Assembly (NCBI GenBank): GCA_965263035.1
Contig: OZ253580.1
Location: forward strand, 4,256,001 to 4,320,000
DNA from: Acidobacteriota bacterium
Lineage (GTDB): Bacteria; Acidobacteriota; UBA6911; RPQK01; JAJDTT01
Length of the DNA: 64,000 bases
Direction: 5' to 3'
This document shows, one piece after another, positions 47,548-57,550 of the stretch (position 1 is its first letter; each line of letters starts with the position of its first letter). A model generated the notes under the pieces. It was not told where the DNA came from. It saw nothing but the letters and a program-made list of their open reading frames with translations, and ran no database searches. The position numbers were made by a program, and so were the translations under genes.

Positions 47548-48579
47548 ATGACTGAGACCGGAGACGTTGGATTTCCGGATCCGGCAACTCTGTTCCGCGC
47601 CCGGGACAGCATCTACTCCGCTGACCTGCTGCTTGCCGCCGCGGTCCACCTGGACCTGTTCTCCCGTCTGGAGACCCAAGTCATGGACCGGCACGGCATC
47701 TGTTCCACGCTGGGAATCCAGGACCGCCCGGCGGACGTGATGATGACGCTGTTCGCCGCCATGGGCCTGGTCGAGCGCCGGGACGATGGCTATGGATTGA
47801 CGCCGCTCTCCCGGTCCTTCCTGATCCAGGGTTCGCCGCGCAGCCTTCTGCCTTATTTCGCCTCCATGGGGGAGCGCTCCGTCTGCAGGGAGATGCTGAA
47901 CGTGCTGCGAACCGGGAAGCCGGCCAACTGGGCCGACACCAACCAGCAGGAGTGGAAGTCCGCCATGGAGGATGCGGATTTCGCCGAGTCGTTCACGGCT
48001 GCCATGGACAGCCGGGGAGCCTACTTCGCTCCTCTCCTGGCCAAGTGCCTGAACTGCAGGGACCGGAGGCGGCTGTTGGACATCGGCGGCGGCTCCGGCA
48101 TCTACGCCTGCCATCTGGTCCGGGAATACCCTCATCTCGAGGCGTCGATTCTGGAGAAACCGCCGGCGGACGCCGTGGCGGGCGGCTTCATCGAGACGAT
48201 GGGCCTGTCGGAGCGGATCGGGATCGTCGCCGGCGACATGTTCCAAGAGATTCCCGCTGGGCATGACGTTCACTTGTTTTCAAACGTGCTTCACGACTGG
48301 GACATGGGCAATGTCGAGCGTATCCTGGCCCGCTCATTCGAAGCGCTCATGCCCGGCGGGTCGATCGCGATTCACGATACGCACATCAACGCCTCCAAGA
48401 CGGGGCCGCTGGAGGTCGCCGAGTACTCGGTGCTGCTCATGCACTCGACGGAGGGGAAATGCTATTCCGTATCGGAAATGAGCGTCCTGCTTGAGGCGGC
48501 CGGCTTCGTGGATATTGAATTCGTCCCCATGAAGTGTCATCGAAGCCTGATTGCGGCCAGGAAACGGCGATCGGGATAG
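47548..48579 (+). CDS. SAM-dependent O-methyltransferase (family 2)
   Basis: LDIGGGSG, GDMF, SNVLHDW. Confidence 0.9.
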   Translation: MTETGDVGFPDPATLFRARDSIYSADLLLAAAVHLDLFSRLETQVMDRHGICSTLGIQDRPADVMMTLFAAMGLVERRDDGYGLTPLSRSFLIQGSPRSLLPYFASMGERSVCREMLNVLRTGKPANWADTNQQEWKSAMEDADFAESFTAAMDSRGAYFAPLLAKCLNCRDRRRLLDIGGGSGIYACHLVREYPHLEASILEKPPADAVAGGFIETMGLSERIGIVAGDMFQEIPAGHDVHLFSNVLHDWDMGNVERILARSFEALMPGGSIAIHDTHINASKTGPLEVAEYSVLLMHSTEGKCYSVSEMSVLLEAAGFVDIEFVPMKCHRSLIAARKRRSG

Positions 48580-48636
48580 CCCACAGTCGGTCCACAACGG
48601 CAGCCCGAAGCGACGGACGCTTGCCGTCTGCGTTGC

Positions 48637-49494
48637 TCACCCTTGCGCGATCACCCACATGAATGACTGGACGTCGATATTGTCCCGCGGTTCAAGGACC
48701 GCCAGCTCCGACTTCAGATAGTCTGAGAACCGCAACATCTGGTTGTAGGTCGTCCAAGTAAGCTTCGGCGTGTACTTGAGGTCGAAGGCGCAGACGCGGG
48801 CGGCATTCTGCGAATACTTGGGTTTGATGAACTGGTGCCGGTCGGGGAACAGCATGAAGGGGAAGTAGGTCGCGATTGTCCATTTCGCAGCTCCCACTTC
48901 ATTGAGCACGGATGCGAATCGTTGGAACCGCAACCGAAACGCGTCCTCCCCGTGAAGCAGTGCGTGCAGCGCCACCGCAAATGTTTCCTTGCGTTTCGCC
49001 AGCTTCAGACCCTTCCTCAGAGCCATCTTCTCGTTGGGAAAGATCAGGTTCGTCTTGTTTACGGCTTGCAAAGCGGACCGGCAAACGTCTCCGAACGCCC
49101 GGGTCTTCAACAGCCGCTCCAGCTCATCCCGGCTCAAAATGGTTTTGGCCAGTTCATGGGCCGCGACCTTGTAGGCGCGTTCCTTTTTCAGATACCGGTC
49201 GTCGCGGAAGCCCCCCGGATACCGGTCGATGAAACCATCGATGGATTGGTTGACACTCTGATAAGCAGGCCCGGTTGCTGCCTTCGGGTCAATGCGGTCC
49301 AGCAACGGGTGGCTCGGTGGTGGATCCAGAATCGTCAAGGACACATGGTTCAACGACATGGTTTTAGCGCCGGTCTCAACGAAAAAAACACCCGCCTTGG
49401 GGCCCTGAACGAAAAGGATCTGACCGATCCCCCACTCATTTTTCGTCGGATGTCGGACGCGGTCGCCAACGGTCAGGTTCGGGGCCACCTTCAT
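48637..49494 (-). CDS. DUF3553-domain protein
   Basis: GDRVRHP...WGIGQI N-terminal domain; ER.YK, KW..ATY..F, IDVQSFMW; lower GC. Confidence 0.65.
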   Translation of the reverse strand: MKVAPNLTVGDRVRHPTKNEWGIGQILFVQGPKAGVFFVETGAKTMSLNHVSLTILDPPPSHPLLDRIDPKAATGPAYQSVNQSIDGFIDRYPGGFRDDRYLKKERAYKVAAHELAKTILSRDELERLLKTRAFGDVCRSALQAVNKTNLIFPNEKMALRKGLKLAKRKETFAVALHALLHGEDAFRLRFQRFASVLNEVGAAKWTIATYFPFMLFPDRHQFIKPKYSQNAARVCAFDLKYTPKLTWTTYNQMLRFSDYLKSELAVLEPRDNIDVQSFMWVIAQG

Positions 49495-49675
49495 ACCATA
49501 ACCAAGTTAGTCCCCACGTGCCACACAAGTTCGTGATTCGGTCCGGTCGGGGGATCGGTCTGCGATTGACGCAACCGCGAGGTTCAGCTTGCGCCCACCA
49601 AGGTCGAGCCCGGACGCCGGGTCGTCGGGGCGATGCCGAAAAGCAGGCATTTGACGCTCGATCGTGGCCCCGCGA

Positions 49676-50638
49676 TCAGAAACTGATACGGAGAGAAACC
49701 TGGAACTGCCTCCCCAGGAATCCGGACGTATACGAGAACGGTTTCGTCACCGGTCCCCGGCGACCCTCGTACGATGACGGAAGCTCGTCCAGCGCGAGCG
49801 TGTCCACGGTGCTTTCGACCTTCCTGAAATTGGTGCGGTTGAGCAGGTTGAAGCCTTCTACGACGACGTCCAGGCTCCTGTCCGCAATCAGGGGAAATTG
49901 GCGCTTCACACGCATGTCCACGGTGAAGTAGTCGGGTCCGTGGCCGACGTTTCGGCCCACGCTCCAGGGACGGTGTGTGTTGGTGTGGCGGTCGCCGACG
50001 TTGTCGTAGCCGGCATTGAGATCGAAAGGAGCGAAGGAGCGCACGGTGACGATCCCGGAGAGGGTCAGGCCGTCGATGGTGAAGGTGTTGCCACGTCCGC
50101 CGCCGCCGATGCCGAGGCCGGACGCGGGCGTCGGGGCGAGGCGCTGGTCTCGATCGTCCGCCACGTAGCTCGAGTCCACGACGCCTGGGGTCAGAAGCGC
50201 CAGGTCCCGGTAGTCGCGGCGGTTGATGGGGAGATCCTCGATGCTGACGGAATCGATGTGGTTGGACTGCTGGGTCTTGTCATGGGCGACGGTGATTCGT
50301 GTCGCCTCGGCGGTGATTTCGATCGCTTCGGCAGCCGCGGCCATCTTCGCGGAGAAGGTCTGGGTCTTTCCGACCGGCACCTCCAGATCCTGGACCACGT
50401 AGGGGGCAAACCCGGGAAAATCGAAGCGGAGCGTATAGAGGCCGGGGTCGATCCGGCTCAGGACGTATTCGCCGAGATCCGAAGTGAAGGTCTCGCGTGT
50501 GGCGCCGCGGCCCTGGTAGGGCGCGGTGACGGTCACCCCGGGGAGGACGGCCCGGGTCTGGCCGTAGACGTGGCCGCGGATGGTGCCGGGGTCGGTCTGG
50601 GCGCGCAGCAGGACGGCGCTCGCGAGTAGCACGAGCAC
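49676..50638 (-). pseudogene. TonB-dependent receptor copy with a ~2.15-kb in-frame internal deletion
   Basis: N- and C-terminal parts match 51671-54862 and are joined at TCAGG (50065-50069). Confidence 0.85.
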
Positions 50639-50736
50639 GGTTCCGGCACGACGAAAGGAACCGAACCGGGCAAGAATCGGCCGGGGGTGGCCTTGTAGTT
50701 AATCCTGATGCGAGATTCCCAACGGAGCCGGAGATC

Positions 50737-51636
50737 TTATGCCATGCCCGCCAGCAGGGTATTGCGGGCCGAATCGACCCGGACCTTGGAGTAGTGGAGG
50801 ATCTGGCAAAGTTCCTGGCCGGAGTCGTCCGTCACCGGCGTGGGCTTGCGCAGGATGAATTCCGCCAGATTGGGGGCCTTGTGATTGTGGGCCACGTGAG
50901 CCATCTCCAGGCGATCGATGACCGCGGTCTCTTCCAAATCGAAATCGGGGACCAGGAGCGGCCCCGTGTCGATCTGGTAGGAGTTGTCCTTGGGCATGAA
51001 GTTCATGGTCTTGATGGGGTATTCGATGACGTAACGCAATGGAAGCTGGGGGTCCTTGATCTCGGTGCGGCCCACCAGCGGGTGGTTGGCACCCGTCGCC
51101 TCATTGACCTCCGCCGGCGTTTGGAGCACCCGTGTATTGGGAAAGGTCACCACGTCGATGACCAGTGAACGGAAGTTGTCCTTCACCGGAGATCCCTTCG
51201 AGCCCCCGCCCTGGTAGGTCATCGCCTTGCCCACGCTTCGGTGCTGTTCCAGGGAATAGATCACGCGATATTCGCCGCTGGGGATCTGGAACAGCCGGTC
51301 TTCCTTGTAGACCCGCTCGGTCCGGCAGGGCTGAATCAGAATGAACCGGTCGCTTTCGCCGCTGGAGTCGTCGATGACGTCGATCATGGCGTCCAGCTGG
51401 ATTCGGGCCATGTTCCCGTGCGGAATGTCGTGCTTCTGGTTGGAACCGGGGTTAGGGAAATCCCAGGTCATGAAGGAGGTCTGGAAGTCGCAAGCCGGCC
51501 TCGCGGCGGATTCGTCGGAGCCGGATGCGGACTCTTCGGCCGGCGCTTGGCAGGCCATGGGGAGGATCCAGCTGCCTCCGGCCAGAGCCGCTCCCAACTG
51601 TCCCTGAAAATGACGGCGGGTCGATCGATTCAGCAT
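50737..51636 (-). CDS. Hypothetical Tat-type lipoprotein (intact copy)
   Basis: TRRHF signal and MAC lipobox-like Cys; paralog at 54888-57310. Confidence 0.75.
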   Translation of the reverse strand: MLNRSTRRHFQGQLGAALAGGSWILPMACQAPAEESASGSDESAARPACDFQTSFMTWDFPNPGSNQKHDIPHGNMARIQLDAMIDVIDDSSGESDRFILIQPCRTERVYKEDRLFQIPSGEYRVIYSLEQHRSVGKAMTYQGGGSKGSPVKDNFRSLVIDVVTFPNTRVLQTPAEVNEATGANHPLVGRTEIKDPQLPLRYVIEYPIKTMNFMPKDNSYQIDTGPLLVPDFDLEETAVIDRLEMAHVAHNHKAPNLAEFILRKPTPVTDDSGQELCQILHYSKVRVDSARNTLLAGMA

Positions 51637-51670
51637 GTCGGTTTCCTCGGGGTTGAAGCGATTTCTGAAA

Positions 51671-54600
51671 TCAGAAGTTGAGACGAAGAGAGATCTGGAA
51701 TTGCCTCGGCGCGAACGCGGAGGTGTACGAGAACGGCTGCGTTACGGGGCCGACGCGCCCCTTGTAAGAGGACGGAAGCTCTTCCAACGTGAGCGTTCCC
51801 ACGTCGCCGTTGACGTGCTTGAAGTTGGTGCGGTTGAGCAGGTTGAACGCCTCGACGACGATGTCCACGCTCTTGTCCTCCATCAGGGAGATCCGGCGCT
51901 TCAGGCGCATGTCGATGCTGAAAAAGTTGGGTCCGATGCCGACGTTGCGTCCCAGGCCCCAGGGCCGGTGGGTGTCGGTGTGACGGTCGCCCACGTTGTC
52001 GTATCCCGCGTTGAGGTTGAAGGGGGCGAACGAGCGCGCGGCGAGGATGCCGGAAAGGGTCAGGTCGCCGAACACGTTGTGTCCGAATCCCTTTCCCCGG
52101 CCGGCTTTCCAGGGGAGTTTCGCCAGGGTGCGGACGACGAATCGGTGTCCCCGGTGGTAGGAGGAGAGGGCCAATTCCGCCCGGGCGTCCCATTGCAGAT
52201 GCGGTTGGAACGAGGAGTTGTAGTCGGTCATCTCGTCCATCGCCTTGCTCCAGGTGTGGTGGGCCGAGATCATGAAGCTGTTGGAAATGCGCTTCTCCAG
52301 TTGCAGGATCAGGGCGTGATAAAAGGAATTGGCCCAGTTGCCGTAGACGTTGTCCTGCAGGATCTCCGGTCTGCGAAAACCGACGATGGGCCTTCCCTCG
52401 GCATTGGTTCCGGCCCGGTAGATGTTGATGTCCAGCGGACGGACGATGTGGACGCCGCGGTTGAAGTTGTAGCCGGCCGAAAGGGAGAATCCGCCCGCCT
52501 CTCTCTGGATCTCGAGGCTGGCCTGTTGGGCGTAGGGGTTCACCATATCGTCGGCCACCGAGAACGCGACTCGCAAAGGGAGGTTGCGGGCGGGAACGAG
52601 CCCGTGGATGGCCAGATCCTCCGCCTGGATCTGCCGCTTGCCCAGGATGCCCCGAGCCAAGGCCGTCTGATAAATTTCCGCCGAGGTGAGCGGCTGTCCG
52701 GTCAGCGCACTGGTGAAGCCCTGGATGCCGGTCAGGGGGACGAAGGCTTGAAAGATCTGCTGCGATTCGTCCGAGAGCAGATCGTGGATGTAGGTGATCT
52801 GACCGTCGATCCGGCCGTGGAAGATCCCGTAGCCGCCTCGCACCACGGTCTTGGCGTCAGGGCTCCAGGCAAATCCCATCCGCGGTCCGAAGTTGTTGTT
52901 GTCCCGGGGGAAATCCGACTTGTGAAAGAGTTCGTAGCGCAACCCCAGAGTCAGCAGGAATTTGGGGTGGACGCGCCACGAATCCTCCAAAAAGAATCCG
53001 TAGTTGTGAGCCCATCCGCGCCAGTAGGGATTCCCGAAGCCTTGCTGGTAGACGATGGGGATGCCCAGCGCATAGGCCTGGAGTGAGGTGATGGGGTCGT
53101 CGACGGCCTCCGCCAGTTGAGGCCTGCCGGCCTGAATCAGCAATCCCTTGATCAGCGGGGAAATGGGAGCCCCGAGCGCGCCGTCGATCAGAGCCGACAG
53201 GGGCACCGCCTCGCCGAAGATGAATCGTCCGCTGAAGAAGGTCTCGGACCGGACGCTGTCGTAGAAGGGATTGATGTCCGCACCGACCTTCACCGTATGC
53301 CCTCCGGAGACGTAGGTGAAGTTCTGCCGGGCCTGCGCCATGCGTTCGACGTTCCGGGTCGGCAGGATGAAGTCCCGTCCGAAATTCCCGAATCCGTTGA
53401 TGTCGATGGAGGGGCCGTGCGGGTCGGTGGGGAAGACGCCGAAGTCGTGGTACCCGACGGCCAACCAGGTTTCGCTGATCCATTCCGGACTGATCACCCA
53501 GTTGTTTCCCAGGCCGATAGTGAAATCGTTCAGGTCGCTGTTGCGTCCCCGGCTGCGGGCCACCAGCGAACCGAAGTTGGTGTTCTGACTGTTCTGTCCC
53601 GTCCAGTTTCCTCGAAAGAAGAGATTGTGTCCGGGCCCTACCGCATGGTCGATGCGGGCGATGAACTGCTGCCGTTCTTCCGAGAAGGGGAAGACTCCGC
53701 TGTTGCTCTCGAACAACTGGACCACGTGGGGATAGTTTCCCGGAATCAAGGATTGGACCAGTTGCTGTGCCGCCGGGACCAGAAATGGCGGAGCGGCGGG
53801 ACTGGTGAGCAAATCGGCCAGGGCCTTCTGAGTGGGGGTCAGCTCGTAGAGAAACGACCTGTCCCGGAGCAGGGGTACGAACGACGACTCGTGACGGTCG
53901 AGGCGTTCGTAGGCGGTGAAGAAAAACGTCCTGTCGCGCAGGATGGGGCCGCCGAAGGACCCTCCGCTCTGGGCCCGGGTGTAGGCCGACTCGGACGGAT
54001 CGAAGTAGTTGCGGGCCTGGAAGTGGCGGTTGCGGAGCACTCCGAAGATGGACCCGCGAAATTCGTTGGTCCCTCCCTTGGTGACGATGTTGATGGCGCC
54101 ACCGGGCGCGCCGCCCAATTCCGCGGAGAACGAATTGCGATTGATCTGAAACTCCTGCACCGCCTCCTGGGTGATGGAGGACCGGACCGCGCCGGTGCCG
54201 TAGTTGTTGTTCAGGCCGTCGATGGTGAAGGTGTTGCCGCGCCCACCGCCGCCGCCGATGCCCAGTCCCGACGCGGGCGTCGGGGCGATGCGGAAGTCCC
54301 GGTCGTCCGCCACGTAGTTCGAGTCCACCACTCCTGGAGTCAGGAGCGCCAGGTCCAGATAGTCGCGGCGGTTGATGGGAAGGTCCTCGATGCTGGTGGA
54401 ATCGATATGGTTGGACTGTTGGGTCTTGTCGTGGGCGATCACCGCCCCGGTCGCTTCCGCAGTGATGACGATGGCCTCGGCGGCCACCACGATCTCCGGA
54501 GAGAAAGTCTGGGTTTCTCCGACCATCACCTGCAGATCCTGGACCACGTAGGGAGCGAACCCCGGCAGCTCGAAGCGGATCGTGTAGAGCCCGGGATCGA

Positions 54601-54862
54601 CCCGGCTCAGGACGTATTCGCCGAGATCCGAAGTGATGGCTTCCCGGGCCACGCCCCGGCCCTGGTAGGTGGCGGTGACGGTGACGCCGGGGAGGACGGC
54701 CCGGGTCACATCGTAGACGTAGCCGCGGATGGTTCCGGTGTCGGTCTGGGCCGGCAGCAGGACGGCTCCGGCCAGCAGCACCGCCGCCGCGATCCCCGGC
54801 CGATGCAGGGAGCGGCATAAGCGAGGAAAAGAGAAAAGAGAGAGAAGGCTTCTGATCGGCAT
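51671..54862 (-). CDS. TonB-dependent receptor (Oar-type, N-terminal carboxypeptidase-regulatory-like domain)
   Basis: LPINRR.Y.DL..L.PG, AVQEF, TKGGTN.F.G, NNFGPRMGFAW, C-terminal RQFQISLRLNF. Confidence 0.92.
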   Translation of the reverse strand: MPIRSLLSLFSFPRLCRSLHRPGIAAAVLLAGAVLLPAQTDTGTIRGYVYDVTRAVLPGVTVTATYQGRGVAREAITSDLGEYVLSRVDPGLYTIRFELPGFAPYVVQDLQVMVGETQTFSPEIVVAAEAIVITAEATGAVIAHDKTQQSNHIDSTSIEDLPINRRDYLDLALLTPGVVDSNYVADDRDFRIAPTPASGLGIGGGGGRGNTFTIDGLNNNYGTGAVRSSITQEAVQEFQINRNSFSAELGGAPGGAINIVTKGGTNEFRGSIFGVLRNRHFQARNYFDPSESAYTRAQSGGSFGGPILRDRTFFFTAYERLDRHESSFVPLLRDRSFLYELTPTQKALADLLTSPAAPPFLVPAAQQLVQSLIPGNYPHVVQLFESNSGVFPFSEERQQFIARIDHAVGPGHNLFFRGNWTGQNSQNTNFGSLVARSRGRNSDLNDFTIGLGNNWVISPEWISETWLAVGYHDFGVFPTDPHGPSIDINGFGNFGRDFILPTRNVERMAQARQNFTYVSGGHTVKVGADINPFYDSVRSETFFSGRFIFGEAVPLSALIDGALGAPISPLIKGLLIQAGRPQLAEAVDDPITSLQAYALGIPIVYQQGFGNPYWRGWAHNYGFFLEDSWRVHPKFLLTLGLRYELFHKSDFPRDNNNFGPRMGFAWSPDAKTVVRGGYGIFHGRIDGQITYIHDLLSDESQQIFQAFVPLTGIQGFTSALTGQPLTSAEIYQTALARGILGKRQIQAEDLAIHGLVPARNLPLRVAFSVADDMVNPYAQQASLEIQREAGGFSLSAGYNFNRGVHIVRPLDINIYRAGTNAEGRPIVGFRRPEILQDNVYGNWANSFYHALILQLEKRISNSFMISAHHTWSKAMDEMTDYNSSFQPHLQWDARAELALSSYHRGHRFVVRTLAKLPWKAGRGKGFGHNVFGDLTLSGILAARSFAPFNLNAGYDNVGDRHTDTHRPWGLGRNVGIGPNFFSIDMRLKRRISLMEDKSVDIVVEAFNLLNRTNFKHVNGDVGTLTLEELPSSYKGRVGPVTQPFSYTSAFAPRQFQISLRLNF

Positions 54863-55330
54863 GATGGGAATCTCCCGAGTAAATCGGCTAGGCCATCCCG
54901 GCCAGCAGGGTATTTCGAGCCGAATGGACACGGACCTTGGAGTAATGGAGAACCCGGCAGAGCTCCCGGCCGGTTTCGTCCATGACCGGCGTCGGCTGTC
55001 GCAGGATGAACTCGGCCAGGTCCGGAGCCTTGTGGTTGAACGCGACATGGGCCATCTCCAGCCGATCGATGGCCGACGCCTTATCCAAATCGAAATCGGG
55101 GGCCAGGAGCGGTCCCGTATCGATCTGGTAGGAGTTGTCCTGGGGCATGAAGTTCATGGTCTTGACGGGATATTCGATAACGTACCGTAGCGGACGCTGG
55201 GGGTCCTTGATTTCGGTGCGTCCCACCAGAGGGTGGTTGGCCCCGGTCGCCTCATTGACCTCGGTGGGCGTTCGGAGAACTCTCATGTTCGGAAAGGGGA
55301 TTATGTACAAAAGTGACGAAACCCTGGCCC

Positions 55331-55507
55331 TCAATCCCTCTTCTCCGGCCGTTCAATCCACTCAACATCAACGGGTTGGAACATGGCTTGGAACAACTCA
55401 TCGAAGGAACAGTCCAGTTTGACTTCCTCCTCCAGTTCCACCTTGGAGGGTTGATAGGACGACTTCACCAGTTTGACCTTTCGGGGCTTGGGCCGTTGGC
55501 GTTTCAT
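55331..55507 (-). CDS. 58-aa small passenger protein in IS1595 (not in the ORF track)
   Basis: Manual translation MKRQRPKPRKVKLVKSSYQPSKVELEEEVKLDCSFDELFQAMFQPVDVEWIERPEKRD*. Confidence 0.55.
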   Translation of the reverse strand: MKRQRPKPRKVKLVKSSYQPSKVELEEEVKLDCSFDELFQAMFQPVDVEWIERPEKRD

Positions 55508-55565
55508 GTGCAGTCCAGCAGGCTGCGTTGTGTGGATAGCGGCTTTCCCGCGTAGGGGTGTGTCA

Positions 55566-55790
55566 TCAGGGGAAGTGCTGGAAACCTGTGGTCAAAGGAT
55601 TCCGCAATCGACCACGTTCGGCAAACGCCCGGAATGGGGCGAGGTCTCCGCCCTGGTCTGAATACAGAATATTGTAATCTTGATTCGAGTTGAAAGGGGG
55701 GTCCAGGTAAATCAGGTCAACGCACTGGTCATCCCACTGGCTCCAGTCCAAACCGTCTCCGTAAATTAACCTCCCAGGCTCCAGGCTCAC
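55566..55790 (-). pseudogene. N-terminal remnant of a site-specific DNA methyltransferase
   Basis: LIYGD.L..VDLIYLDPPFNSN.DYN (DPPF catalytic motif); its GTG start overlaps the transposase stop. Confidence 0.8.
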
Positions 55791-56734
55791 CCCACCAGGT
55801 CCTTGTAACGCAGCCACTTCCCGTTCATCCGGCCGATGACGTGAGCCATCTGGTCCAGCGTGTCCTTGTTTCTCATGTTGTGACGGCCTGCAAACTCCCC
55901 GATGTAGCGGTGAAGATGCGCTCTGGAAATCTTGTGGAAAGTTCCAGTGTGCGCCCTTTTGAGCATCGACCAGAACGACTCGACGCCATTGGTGTGAACC
56001 GGACCCCTGACGAATTCCAGGGCTGAATGACGGACCGTTTCATGGTTCTTCAGAGAAGAATATGGGCGGGCGTCATCCGTGTAAACCGTCGTTCCAAGCT
56101 GCGTGTTGTCCAGCACGTAACCCTGGAGGGTCTTGGCCGTTGTGTCCTCGACAACCTGGGCCCGGACCTCGTTGGTCTGCCGGTCCTTGAGTCCCACAAC
56201 CGCCGTTTTGCCCACCGGCCCGCGTCCCGTCAGTTGCTTCCGTTTCTGGTTGCTCATATTCCGACGCTTGCCACCGAAATACGATTCGTCCGCCTCGACC
56301 GGGCCGAAGAATCGGATCGTCGGGTCGTCGTTCCAGGTCTCCCGAATCCGGTGAATCAGGTGCCATGCCGACTTCTGAGTGATGCCAAGATCACGATGCA
56401 GTTTCATACTGGAGACACCCTTCAGGTGAGTCGAGACGACATAGATGGCATAGAGCCAGCTCCGGCACCCAAGTTTGGAGCAAGCCATGGGCGTCCCGGT
56501 CTTGACGCTGAACCACTTACCGCACTCCTTTTCACGGCAGCGATAAGGCATCGTCCGGTGCTTGGTCTGGGTCTGAACGTTGACCGATCCGCAACGGGCG
56601 CAGCAGACCTCATCGGGCCACCGCTTCTTCGCGACCCATGCTTCTGCCGCCTTGTCGTTCGGGAACTTGGCAAAGAACTGACTCACCGAGAGTCCCTGAC
56701 GGAAGTGCTTTCCAGGTGCCTTATGTCTTTTCAT
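55787..56734 (-). CDS. IS1595 family transposase
   Basis: Zn ribbon CxxC...CxxxxC, VEADESYFGG, YTDD, HTNGVESFWS.LKR. Confidence 0.95.
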   Translation of the reverse strand: MKRHKAPGKHFRQGLSVSQFFAKFPNDKAAEAWVAKKRWPDEVCCARCGSVNVQTQTKHRTMPYRCREKECGKWFSVKTGTPMACSKLGCRSWLYAIYVVSTHLKGVSSMKLHRDLGITQKSAWHLIHRIRETWNDDPTIRFFGPVEADESYFGGKRRNMSNQKRKQLTGRGPVGKTAVVGLKDRQTNEVRAQVVEDTTAKTLQGYVLDNTQLGTTVYTDDARPYSSLKNHETVRHSALEFVRGPVHTNGVESFWSMLKRAHTGTFHKISRAHLHRYIGEFAGRHNMRNKDTLDQMAHVIGRMNGKWLRYKDLVG

Positions 56735-57550
56735 ATCAACCCCTTACAGCTAACACTATACAGCATGGCGCTGACATTTCTCGTCACTATTGTATATAAT
56801 CCCCTTCGGAAAGGTCACCACGTCGATGACGAGGGACCGAAATTTGTCTTTGACCAAACTTCCGACCGACCCTCCTCCCCGGTAGGTCATCCCCTTTCCG
56901 ACGCTCCGGCGCCGATCCAGGGAATAGATCACGCGGTACTCGGCGCTGGGGATCTGGAAGAGACGGTCTTCCTTGTAGACACGTTCGGTCCGGCAGGGCT
57001 GGATCAGAATGAAACGCTCGCTGCCGCCGCTGGAATCGTCGATGACGTCGATCATGGCGTCCAACTGGATGCGGGCCATGTTCCCGAAGGGAATGTCGTG
57101 TTTCTCGGTGTAGGCCGGGGGAGGCAAGTCCCAGGTCATGAAGGAGGCCTGGAAGTTGCAGGCCGGCGGGACGCTCCCGCCGCTACCGGTTGAAGACTCG
57201 TTCGCCGGCGCGCTGCAGGCCATGGGAAGGATCCAACCGCCGCCGGCAAGAGCCATTCCCAGTTCCCGCTGAAAATGCCGTCGCGTGGGTCGACTCGAAT
57301 GGGCGGTCATCTCGATGGCAGTACGATTTTGAGATCTTCGTTACCTTAGTCGATTGAAAATCATCGTACCATGGGCGAACGACGCATCCTACCACCTCCC
57401 CCCCGGGAGCAACCGACAGGGAAAAAGATACCCACGCCGGGAGGATGGAAGCTCTGGAGCCGGCGATGGCCCGCGGTCCCCGGCTCTGTCGGCAGCCCGT
57501 GGCGACTTCAGGAGCGGACTGCTATGGTGCCGGGTCAAGGAGCGTCGCAA

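Larger units (their letters stand above)
55296..56804 (-). mobile_element. IS1595-family element (1509 bp) with passenger ORFs
   Basis: TIRs GGGGATTATRTACAAWAGTGACGA; 8-bp TSD TTCGGAAA at 55288-55295 and 56805-56812. Confidence 0.92.
54888..57310 (-). pseudogene. Hypothetical Tat lipoprotein interrupted by IS1595
   Basis: The N-half (56805-57310) and C-half (54888-55295) rejoin at VVTFP|NMR, colinear with 50737-51636. Confidence 0.9.
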
